IMG/VR virus record: IMGVR_UViG_3300021425_000020
Direction: 5' to 3' (one strand)
Source of the DNA: an uncultured virus (IMG/VR IMGVR_UViG_3300021425_000020)
Lineage: Duplodnaviria; Heunggongvirae; Uroviricota; Caudoviricetes
DNA length: 64,000 bases
Position numbers and translations under genes: made by a program. The notes under the pieces are model-generated. The model made no database searches. It was given only the letters and a program-made list of their open reading frames with translations, and had not been told where the DNA came from. Numbering within the stretch: the stretch's first letter is position 1; the number at the start of each line of letters is the position of its first letter. Positions 1 to 7,994 of the stretch are shown piece after piece.

Positions 1-32
1 TTCTCGGGGGGCCGGCGTAAAAAATACAATAA

Positions 33-45
33 AATCAAACACTTA
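33..45 (+). promoter_or_regulatory. IHF-consensus-like site
   Basis: AATCAAACACTTA matches WATCAANNNNTTR exactly and has A-tracts immediately 5' (19-34). Confidence 0.4.
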
Positions 46-164
46 AACTTAGCTTAATGGGGTGAAAAAATCACCACCGTGAATCTGTAAGTACTTCCCT
101 ATAATTTTTTGCGCAGCAAATTTTTTTACCCTGTAGACCCATTTCGAACTGTGTTAAATACTGT

Positions 165-371
165 ATGAGGGCATATGTAGTTAAACCAGTTCCTATACAT
201 ATACAAAAGAATCTACAGTGTTATTTGGGACACGATCGTTACCGTTTTGTTTTTTACACCTATGGTACACTCAGTGTACACAGCCCGCATTACAGTTTGT
301 ACATATGGGATCGTGTTACACTGTTAGCCGAACTGTACATAAGCGAATACATCATACAAGAGATTGTTTAG
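165..371 (+). CDS. small hypothetical protein (68 aa)
   Basis: The ATG lies 4 nt after TAAATA (155-160), the same geometry as bona fide late genes, and a hairpin (374-402) follows the ORF. Confidence 0.5.
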   Translation: MRAYVVKPVPIHIQKNLQCYLGHDRYRFVFYTYGTLSVHSPHYSLYIWDRVTLLAELYISEYIIQEIV

Positions 372-457
372 TTCTCACTCACTTGCGATGTCACGGAGTG
401 AGTCAAGGACGAATGTAGTGTACAGAGCTGTTCGGTTGTTACTGAACTAAATATTAT

Positions 458-712
458 ATGAATCAATACTTTGTGCAAGTACATCGCACCGCTGTAGATC
501 CATTCAATTATCCACATTTGGGTAAGGTTCAGTATTTTCGTTTAGAATTAGCATATCATGGTTTTTCAATTGTAGAGCATCCAGATTATCCCGGCGCATA
601 CAGAGCAAGGTTTTTAGCATTACACAATAAAGACAGTATATGGAGTATAATAGGATTACGTTATACACACATTGATTTCTCTTGGGAAAAAATTTGTGCA
701 GCAAGCAGCTGA
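458..712 (+). CDS. small hypothetical protein (84 aa)
   Basis: The ATG lies 4 nt after TAAATA (448-453). The stop codon lies in the loop of the hairpin AGCAGC-TGAA-GCTGCT. Confidence 0.55.
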   Translation: MNQYFVQVHRTAVDPFNYPHLGKVQYFRLELAYHGFSIVEHPDYPGAYRARFLALHNKDSIWSIIGLRYTHIDFSWEKICAASS

Positions 713-913
713 AGCTGCTGTGGGCTTTTGCGCTGAACCGCAAGCGGCTTTTTGGCGGCGCAGGCACTTCGTGCTTTTCGGGCTAAATACCTCACGGGCA
801 TACACTAATGGTCCCAGCGGACACTTGTCCATTGGTGAATCACATAGTGATAGCACTACATAAATCAGCGCTGAGCGCACCAAGTGTATGCCTATAAAAA
901 CACCTAAAATTAT

Positions 914-969
914 CAACCGTGTCGTTAGCTACCGTATGACGTGTCGTTAGGCACCGTATGACACGGTTG
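914..969. repeat. 22-bp tandem repeat (2 copies) bracketed by a 10-bp inverted repeat
   Basis: GTGTCGTTAGCTACCGTATGAC (919-940) and GTGTCGTTAGGCACCGTATGAC (941-962) are 20/22 identical. CAACCGTGTC (914-923) and GACACGGTTG (960-969) form a perfect inverted repeat. Confidence 0.85.
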
Positions 970-1012
970 TTTTAAAATTCATTTAGTATATGTGAATAGT
1001 ACTACGGGTGCT

Positions 1013-1750
1013 CTAAGTGTATTTTGCCACAAAGTCTTCGTAACTGGTGTCCAACACTATTTGCAGTGTGTAGCGTGTTTGATCAGTGAAATTGTTGGCG
1101 GCGTGCCATATGTCTTGATTGAATATTATCCATTCACCACGTGGAAAATTTTTCTTTCCGTATATGCGTCCATCTTCCCAAAGATGTTCTGTAGGTGCAT
1201 ATGTTTGTCCTGGATGTGGCAGTGGCAAGTACAAACAGCACCAACGCAGTGGTGTATCTCTGTGTGGATGCATACAACTGCGGGCGGGTATTCTACTGAA
1301 GTTTGGTGGATCACCTCTTGCTATATCACCTACCACACTTTGTATGCGATCCAGCTGTCTGTATATCACAGGATGAAATGCTTGATCAATTTCTTGTATG
1401 TACTGTATATCAATGTATTTGCCTGGCGGACCGTATTGCTTGTCCCAGTCTATGTGATTATTACAGATATCCAACATTTCGTCAATGTCCTCTTCAGGTG
1501 TGGTTATCCAAGGCACAGTTTTAACACAGTGCTGTTCAATTTCAGGTATCCACCCTTCTTCGCCAATCACTTCACTGCGATCCATCAGCACACGTCTTGT
1601 GCGCATACTTTCAAACCAACTGGGAGGAAAGCTGCCTACACCAACCTGTTTTTTACGTTCGCCTGCAAATCTGCGTCTACCGCCTGTGCCTCGCCACATT
1701 TTTTTATGACTCAATTCTCTGTTGTTTTCAGTTATCTTCAGTTTACGCAT
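1013..1750 (-). CDS. 2OG-Fe(II) oxygenase / Asp-Asn beta-hydroxylase-like DSBH protein
   Basis: The C-terminal HPHRD...WHAANN...RYTL gives an HxD...H...R pattern. Confidence 0.7.
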   Translation of the reverse strand: MRKLKITENNRELSHKKMWRGTGGRRRFAGERKKQVGVGSFPPSWFESMRTRRVLMDRSEVIGEEGWIPEIEQHCVKTVPWITTPEEDIDEMLDICNNHIDWDKQYGPPGKYIDIQYIQEIDQAFHPVIYRQLDRIQSVVGDIARGDPPNFSRIPARSCMHPHRDTPLRWCCLYLPLPHPGQTYAPTEHLWEDGRIYGKKNFPRGEWIIFNQDIWHAANNFTDQTRYTLQIVLDTSYEDFVAKYT

Positions 1751-2759
1751 TGTCTCGTTTTGGTATTATAACATTTTGTTTACGCAGGTAATTGTCATAG
1801 TTGCTGAGTCTAAACTCTTTTCTATGCAACACTCTACGATTATTTATTTCTTGAGTCACACGAGGATCTCTTTGATGCAGTGTGATTATTTGATCCATCA
1901 GCACAATGTCACCAGGTTGCCAATGGTGTACATACTTGTATTCATCTCGAAATGCACGTTGCTTGATCCACGCATCTATTTCTGCATCTCCGTTGTGTTT
2001 ATTATCATTGAGATAGTGATAATAAAATCCTTGCACACCTGCACGGTTCTGTTGCAGGAACCACAGTCTGTATGGTCCAGTGTATCCGCCTGCTTGGAAT
2101 GTGGTTCTACCTGTGCCTGCTTGTGCAAAACTTTCAGCAACACCGCTGCTCCAATTTGTGTGTGTTTCTCGCCAGTTGTAATACAGGCCTTCCAGTCTAC
2201 TGTGTTCTTCTTCAGTGAATGATTGTCTACAACGTGCAGTGTTCAAAAACTCTGTGGTTGTTCCTTCGCAGTGTTCCCAACCTTGCAGGCCAACGCCGTC
2301 TGCTTGATCGTATCCGTTGATGTTGCTGTGCCAGGCCAAACGTGCGCCTGCAAATATTCCTGTGCTGACATTGTTGTTGTTTTTCTTTCCTGTAACACGT
2401 TGTACAGGATACTGTAGTGGGTTATCTTGGTAGTTTTGTGGATCAGGATATCCGTCTTTGGTCAATGTTCTGTAACGCTGTAATCCACTCAATCCAGGAT
2501 AGCGTTCTTCACCTGTGTTGTACCAATTGAAACTGTACCAATTGTGTATGCTGTCCTCAGTGGCAATGCCACGTTTGCCCCAGCCGATGTTGTGTATCAT
2601 TCTACCAAATTCCCAACTGCTGGGTTCTTGATTGCGAAACACCACAATGAGATTTTCAAACAACTGTTGTCTCAGTTGTGCATAATCCTCCACAGTGAGA
2701 GTGCGTATGTCCTCCAGTATTTCAATACCGTTGCGATTTTCTAGATACTGCCATTTCAT
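1743..2759 (-). CDS. TauD/TfdA-family dioxygenase, paralog 2
   Basis: Motifs LIVVFRNQ, WHSN, HHWQPGDIVLMDQ..TLHQR and RVLHR. The start is placed at ATG 2759, which forms an ATGA overlap with the upstream stop. Confidence 0.85.
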   Translation of the reverse strand: MKWQYLENRNGIEILEDIRTLTVEDYAQLRQQLFENLIVVFRNQEPSSWEFGRMIHNIGWGKRGIATEDSIHNWYSFNWYNTGEERYPGLSGLQRYRTLTKDGYPDPQNYQDNPLQYPVQRVTGKKNNNNVSTGIFAGARLAWHSNINGYDQADGVGLQGWEHCEGTTTEFLNTARCRQSFTEEEHSRLEGLYYNWRETHTNWSSGVAESFAQAGTGRTTFQAGGYTGPYRLWFLQQNRAGVQGFYYHYLNDNKHNGDAEIDAWIKQRAFRDEYKYVHHWQPGDIVLMDQIITLHQRDPRVTQEINNRRVLHRKEFRLSNYDNYLRKQNVIIPKRDNA

Positions 2760-3784
2760 TCGGTTTCTCTCTGTATCCTGCCTGGTATGATAACGTTTTT
2801 TTGTTGCATCCAATTTTCATAGTTGCTGAGTCTAAATTCATATCTATGCAATACTCTGTTTGCAAGTATTTCTGGATCGTGTTGTCCTCTTTGGTGCAGT
2901 GTCAGCAGTTGGTCCATCAACACAATGTCGCCTGGTTCCCACCAATGCACATACAAATATTCGTCGTTGAAGTAGTGATCATACACTGTGTTCCAGATAT
3001 CTTCTACATCACCAAACAGTTTAGCACTGTTCAATGGATTGAAGAATATGCCTTGTGTGCCTGCACGATTGGTTTGCAATACCCAAGCACGGAATCTACC
3101 AGCACCCCAGTTCATACCTGCTTTTTGCACTAGGTCAATTTCCGGGCTCCATTGATCAGGAGATATTCTGTATTCGCCATATGCTGTAAACAGTGCTTGT
3201 AGCAGTTCAGGATCCATATCTGCTCTACAACGTGCAGTGTTCAAAAATTCAGTGCTGGTGTTTTCACACCCTTCCCAGCCTTGCAAACTCACACCGTCTG
3301 CCATGCGTATACCATTTAGGTTGCTGTGCCACAGCAGTTTGCCTTTGCCGAATATGCCTCCTGGAACTTCGTCATCGTGTTTTTGTCCTGTAACACGCTG
3401 TATAGGAAATCCAATTGGATCATCCTCATAGTCTTGTGGATACTGATACGGTCTACGATACCATTCACTCATTTTGCCCAATGTGCCCTGTCCACCGTTG
3501 GGATCAGGTTTGTAGTATTCTACCAGCCGCTCCGCATTGCCGTTCCAGAAGCAGCTCTCTTGATTGCTGATACTGTGTTCACTGGCAACACCTGATTTTC
3601 CATATCCAATGTTGTGAATCAGTCTGCCATAATGATATGTGTCTTTGGGTTGATGTTTGAATACCAATATCAGTTTTGTCATTAACCACTCACGTATTTG
3701 TGCATAGTCCTCTGTGGTTAACTTGGTTATGTCTACATCTTTGATTTGCCAGGCATTGCCCTGATCAATAGGTTCTATATACAT
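2756..3784 (-). CDS. TauD/TfdA-family dioxygenase, paralog 1
   Basis: Motifs LILVFKHQ, WHSN, HWWEPGDIVLMDQLLTLHQR and RVLHR. It is colinear and similar to the downstream gene along its whole length. Confidence 0.85.
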   Translation of the reverse strand: MYIEPIDQGNAWQIKDVDITKLTTEDYAQIREWLMTKLILVFKHQPKDTYHYGRLIHNIGYGKSGVASEHSISNQESCFWNGNAERLVEYYKPDPNGGQGTLGKMSEWYRRPYQYPQDYEDDPIGFPIQRVTGQKHDDEVPGGIFGKGKLLWHSNLNGIRMADGVSLQGWEGCENTSTEFLNTARCRADMDPELLQALFTAYGEYRISPDQWSPEIDLVQKAGMNWGAGRFRAWVLQTNRAGTQGIFFNPLNSAKLFGDVEDIWNTVYDHYFNDEYLYVHWWEPGDIVLMDQLLTLHQRGQHDPEILANRVLHRYEFRLSNYENWMQQKNVIIPGRIQRETE

Positions 3785-3787
3785 ACA

Positions 3788-4489
3788 TTAATCCTTGAAT
3801 TGCAGTTGCATCAATGTTTGATCCAACTTGCCAAAGTTGTACAGGTGTATAGGATTATCTCTCAAATCTCTCACAAACTTTTGGGTGTTGAATCCTTTTG
3901 TGGTTACATAGGTTAAGCCACGCAGGTTACCCAGTGCATAAGCAACACTGTCAGTTAGTCCGCATAGTCTTGCATACTTCCAAAGTCCTTCCAGTGTGCA
4001 ATTGGTTGCTACACCAAAACGTGTTTTCTTTTCCCAAGTGTTTAACAGTCGTGGATTAAAACACAACTGACTTATGCCGCCTTTGAAATGTGCATATTTT
4101 GTATAATGCATATTGGCATATGTTTCACTTTGTGGATATACACCGCAGTACATATCAAATCCATATGCTTGTATAGCATCTCTAACTTCATAAAATGTTT
4201 GGTACACTTTGCCTTCATATGTGCTGCCACCAATCAGCAACACTTTGTCAACACCAGCTTTGCGCATAGCAATACAGTTTTCGTGTAATTCACTTTCACT
4301 TTGTAAATTACGTGCAGCAATATGTGCAACTGCTTTTGCGCTACCTGCTTGTTCGTTAAGTTCTATTGCTGCATCTTTTACACGTGACAAATCAGTTTTG
4401 GGCAAGTGCGTAATGCTTACACTGGTTGCTGTATCAACTGCATATTGACTTAATTTTTGTTTTGGTGTTTTTTCTACGCTTATGTCCAT
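3788..4489 (-). CDS. metF: methylenetetrahydrofolate reductase (MetF)-like FAD TIM-barrel protein
   Basis: Motifs ISVE.TP, VSITHL, AHIAARN, VLLIGG, GVYPQ and ISQLCF resemble short bacterial MTHFRs. Confidence 0.65.
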   Translation of the reverse strand: MDISVEKTPKQKLSQYAVDTATSVSITHLPKTDLSRVKDAAIELNEQAGSAKAVAHIAARNLQSESELHENCIAMRKAGVDKVLLIGGSTYEGKVYQTFYEVRDAIQAYGFDMYCGVYPQSETYANMHYTKYAHFKGGISQLCFNPRLLNTWEKKTRFGVATNCTLEGLWKYARLCGLTDSVAYALGNLRGLTYVTTKGFNTQKFVRDLRDNPIHLYNFGKLDQTLMQLQFKD

Positions 4490-4492
4490 GTA

Positions 4493-6139
4493 TCACTCTT
4501 GAAAAAGATGTTTGCGCCATTCTTTGAAACTCCAAAGTTTAGCATCTGTACAATTTATATAGTCAGAATTATTGCTGTGACGTATTACTCCTGAACCGCT
4601 CACAATGTCGCCATCTCGGTATTGGAAAGGACGTTGTACAGTAACGTCTATGTATTCACCGTAGTTGGTACCCAGTGTGAGGAATGTAACGTAGCGTCCG
4701 TTCTTGCCGCGGAAGGTTCTGCCGTTGGCTATAACGCCTGCAAAGTTTACTCTTTCGAGATACTTCTGTTGGACGCCCAAACCCTGTGGAAACCCTCTGT
4801 GCCACCATCCTGGCTCAGTGAGTATGTCTCGTCTATGTGCTTCTGTTTGGTACACCCAGCTTCTGTAGCTTCCTTGGCAGTGCTTGAGGTTGGCTCTCCA
4901 GAATGCTTCTGGGTTGTGTGCTTTTTGGTATGCAAGTGCCCAAATAAGTCTCCCCAAGTTAACAGCGTGTGCCCTGCATAGTCCGAAACCGGAAAGTTCC
5001 TGTAGTGCAGCCATGGCTTCATTTCTTCTTGGATTGTTTCCCATTCTTTCCACAAATTCCAAAATTTTCTCATCGTGCTTTTTAGCAAACGCTCTACGGT
5101 ACGAATCAGCTTCATATGCATCTACTCCTATGATACTACTTATGATTTCGATAGCATCGTCTTCAAACACAATGCTGTCTTGTACAGCTTCTTGGCTCCA
5201 GTCTTGGAACACTGCTGCTTTTTGTCTACCCGACATAGCAACTGGACGTACCATTGCTGTAGCAAACACACAGTCGTACACACTTGTGGGTTGTATAGCA
5301 CGGAACAGTCTACGCATAGCAGGGCTTTCCCCTTGTGTAACGCCCAGTACATCGCCTCTGCGTAGCAATGCTGCTGCACCTTCGTCATACTCTGGATAGT
5401 CCTCCAGTGCTGTATGCGGGTCTATTTCCAGCAGTTGACTCAAGCCTCTATTGGCTAGTATGTCAACTTTGAGGTGTTCCAAGTCCTCAACTTCGTGTTT
5501 GTCTAATAATATTTGATTGTCTTCTGATATAAGTGATTTAGGTAGTTTTCTAGTGAACATTACGATGCCTCCACAGTGTTTTGATATTGCTCTTTTCTTG
5601 CCTAGTAATTTACGCTCTATGCGTTTTGCTTCTGTAGGATCTACGCCTACACTTTCATATGTAAAATTTCTAGGAAGTCTACCTGTGGCGCCCAAGCGTT
5701 TGGCTGCCTCACGTTTGGCACTTTTTGGTTTGTACGTGACATAGTTGCTCAACCTTGCCGTCATGCCGGGCCACTTTTTGAATATGCGATTCATAACTTC
5801 ACCTTGTCGCCAATGTTCAAAATCGATATCAACATCCGGCAGGTCATCACGTAGTGGGTTCATAAACCTCGCCACAGGTATCTTCCACTTGATGGGATCC
5901 ACGTCTGTAATCCCAAGCAAGTAACACACTAGACTACTGCCCGCCGATCCACGTGTCATGTGCTTGATATCGGTGGTGAGGTCAATGATGTCGCAAATTT
6001 GTATGAAGTAATCTGTGAAGCGAAGTTTGAGTATTAGTTCAAACTCTTCAGCAAGTCTCTCTTGGTATATCTGTTCCTTTGGAACTGGCCTTTTAAATCT
6101 GTCATAAAGCCTTTGTATGTTTTCTAAATCTGTTTTCAT
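4493..6139 (-). CDS. dnaE: DNA polymerase III alpha-like (family C) polymerase lacking the PHP domain
   Basis: Motifs RGSAGSSLVCYLLGITDVDP, PDVDIDF, KHCGG, LKVDIL, GFGLCRAHA and a C-terminal OB-fold-like segment; only 548 aa. Confidence 0.9.
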   Translation of the reverse strand: MKTDLENIQRLYDRFKRPVPKEQIYQERLAEEFELILKLRFTDYFIQICDIIDLTTDIKHMTRGSAGSSLVCYLLGITDVDPIKWKIPVARFMNPLRDDLPDVDIDFEHWRQGEVMNRIFKKWPGMTARLSNYVTYKPKSAKREAAKRLGATGRLPRNFTYESVGVDPTEAKRIERKLLGKKRAISKHCGGIVMFTRKLPKSLISEDNQILLDKHEVEDLEHLKVDILANRGLSQLLEIDPHTALEDYPEYDEGAAALLRRGDVLGVTQGESPAMRRLFRAIQPTSVYDCVFATAMVRPVAMSGRQKAAVFQDWSQEAVQDSIVFEDDAIEIISSIIGVDAYEADSYRRAFAKKHDEKILEFVERMGNNPRRNEAMAALQELSGFGLCRAHAVNLGRLIWALAYQKAHNPEAFWRANLKHCQGSYRSWVYQTEAHRRDILTEPGWWHRGFPQGLGVQQKYLERVNFAGVIANGRTFRGKNGRYVTFLTLGTNYGEYIDVTVQRPFQYRDGDIVSGSGVIRHSNNSDYINCTDAKLWSFKEWRKHLFQE

Positions 6140-6186
6140 GTTAGCCTCTTGTAGTCTAATAATTGCCTAGCGTTTTGTAACGCACT

Positions 6187-6459
6187 TTATTTAGCAAGAG
6201 GAATCGGTCGCACTTGTGGAAATTTGAGAACAAAATGTGTGTCCAGTTTGTCGTCAGAAGAATCAACAAATATATCGCAACGACAGTACACATCATCTGG
6301 TAATGTGTTACTTTGGCTGCGCATCAATACCCAAGACCAATTGTTTTGTTCAACTGTTTTGTACAGTTCTTCGCCTAGTTCTCTACGCACCCACATTTGC
6401 TCTAAATTGGTATTTTTGTGCGACCATTTGTATTCGCACTGTCCAAGATGGTATCTCAT
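6187..6459 (-). CDS. hypothetical protein (90 aa)
   Basis: ATGA overlap with the helicase stop codon. Confidence 0.7.
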   Translation of the reverse strand: MRYHLGQCEYKWSHKNTNLEQMWVRRELGEELYKTVEQNNWSWVLMRSQSNTLPDDVYCRCDIFVDSSDDKLDTHFVLKFPQVRPIPLAK

Positions 6460-7877
6460 TCGGGTCCTAAGTTGTTTAAAAAATTTCGCAACTGACTTGT
6501 ACTAGCTTCTGCTTTGATTTTACCTACAGTATCACCTTCGCTTGGATCTTGTTTCTCAACTGCTGGCGAGCCGTTGCCACGTTTGATTTGATCAAACACT
6601 GTGCTCTTACGCTTTTGGAACTCTTGATATTCTTCATCTTCTCCCAAGTCACGAATACGCAAACTGTCTACATCAAACTCTAAATCAATCTTTTGTCCTA
6701 CGCCACTACTACTACGTGTTTTCATTAACTGTATTTGATAGCGTCCACGTTCACGCATTGCTCTACTTGTAAAGATACCAATCAAGTTGTCCGCTGTATT
6801 GATCTTTGAAATACCACCTGAAATATGGCTGTGGTCAAACTCAATCTCTTCAACACTACTACGATTCAACTGCGATGCTGTAACAAACACAGTATTCAGT
6901 TCCATTGCCAAGTTACGCAGTTCTTCTGATACGTATTTGTCTTTAACAAACAAGTTCTCTGCACTAATCTTAACAGCATTTGGATGCATCAAATCCAAGT
7001 AGTCTACCAGCACAACATCTAATTTGCGTCCTGTTTTGATTTCATATTCTTTGATATATGCACGTAAGTCGTTTGCGTTTTTACCTGTGGGCATATACTT
7101 GACCTGGAATGCACCTGCTTTTTTGCCAATCATCTTGACTTTCATTTCAACATCGTCAATGCTTTTGAAAATATCACGACTTGCAATATCAGTTGTCATG
7201 CTGTCAATACGCATACTAACCAATGCTTCACTAAGTTCAAATGTTAAGTATAGCACATTCATACCTTGCAAACACCAGTTTACACCCATATTTGCTAAGA
7301 ACAAACTCTTACCCGAACCTGATCCACCTGCAAAGATGTTTAGTTCGCCTCTGTTGAATCCGCCAAACAACTTTTTATCCAGTGCTGGCCAGCCTGTGCT
7401 TACTTGTCCGTTTTTGTCTTTAATGCCTTCTAGTCGAGCTCTTGGATCTGCAAAGTAGTCTGTACCCAAGTCTTTTTGCAAACCAATCTGTACAGCGTTT
7501 TTAACCAAGTCCTCACACGCACCATACTGCCCGCTTTCCAACAAGTCTGCACTTTTGAGAATAGCTGCTTCAAGTGCTTTGTGTTTACTAAATGTTTCAA
7601 AGTCCTGCAACAACCAATCATAATGATTCTCTTGCAGTTGTCCTGGATCTTTCAAGTTGCTGTCAGTTGCAGCATTAACCATATCAAATGTAGGCAGTGC
7701 ATTGTGTTCTTCTACATAATCTTTTACAAACTTTGCTGGATCTTGTAATCTACGATCAAATGTTTGTGGATCAAATACACCTTGACAGCGTACAAAACTT
7801 TCTGCATCTGTCATAAACATTTCTAGATATACTTTTTGGATATCGTATCCATAATCAGTGTTCTGTCTTGTTGCCAT
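6456..7877 (-). CDS. replicative DnaB/T4 gp41-like helicase
   Basis: Walker A GGSGSGKS; also LVDYLDLM, TASQLNR and KTRSS. Confidence 0.93.
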   Translation of the reverse strand: MATRQNTDYGYDIQKVYLEMFMTDAESFVRCQGVFDPQTFDRRLQDPAKFVKDYVEEHNALPTFDMVNAATDSNLKDPGQLQENHYDWLLQDFETFSKHKALEAAILKSADLLESGQYGACEDLVKNAVQIGLQKDLGTDYFADPRARLEGIKDKNGQVSTGWPALDKKLFGGFNRGELNIFAGGSGSGKSLFLANMGVNWCLQGMNVLYLTFELSEALVSMRIDSMTTDIASRDIFKSIDDVEMKVKMIGKKAGAFQVKYMPTGKNANDLRAYIKEYEIKTGRKLDVVLVDYLDLMHPNAVKISAENLFVKDKYVSEELRNLAMELNTVFVTASQLNRSSVEEIEFDHSHISGGISKINTADNLIGIFTSRAMRERGRYQIQLMKTRSSSGVGQKIDLEFDVDSLRIRDLGEDEEYQEFQKRKSTVFDQIKRGNGSPAVEKQDPSEGDTVGKIKAEASTSQLRNFLNNLGPE

Positions 7878-7936
7878 TTCTCATGTGCCTTACGTTTGTT
7901 GTTGTCTTTAGACTACCACAGTTTTTACAATAATGT

Positions 7937-7964
7937 ATTGTAACACAATATGTATGTGTGTCAA
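7937..7964 (-). promoter_or_regulatory. sigma70-like promoter for the helicase
   Basis: TTGACA-N16-TACAAT with an extended TG on the minus strand, in intergenic DNA. Confidence 0.7.
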
Positions 7965-7994
7965 CAGTAATATAATCTGTGTGCATTTCAGGAG

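Noticed and set aside
504..916. Minus-strand ORFs of 86-87 aa in the left end
   Set aside because: They have non-ATG or unsupported starts, overlap a better-supported + ORF and show no recognisable features.
914..969. Mini CRISPR array
   Set aside because: There are only two abutting repeats, with no spacer and no cas genes.
992..1771. 259-aa plus-strand ORF
   Set aside because: It is the antisense shadow of the 2OG oxygenase gene and has no motifs or translation signals.
1743..3784. DGR template/variable repeat pair
   Set aside because: The similarity is a whole-gene, protein-level paralogy, not adenine-specific, and there is no reverse transcriptase in the window.
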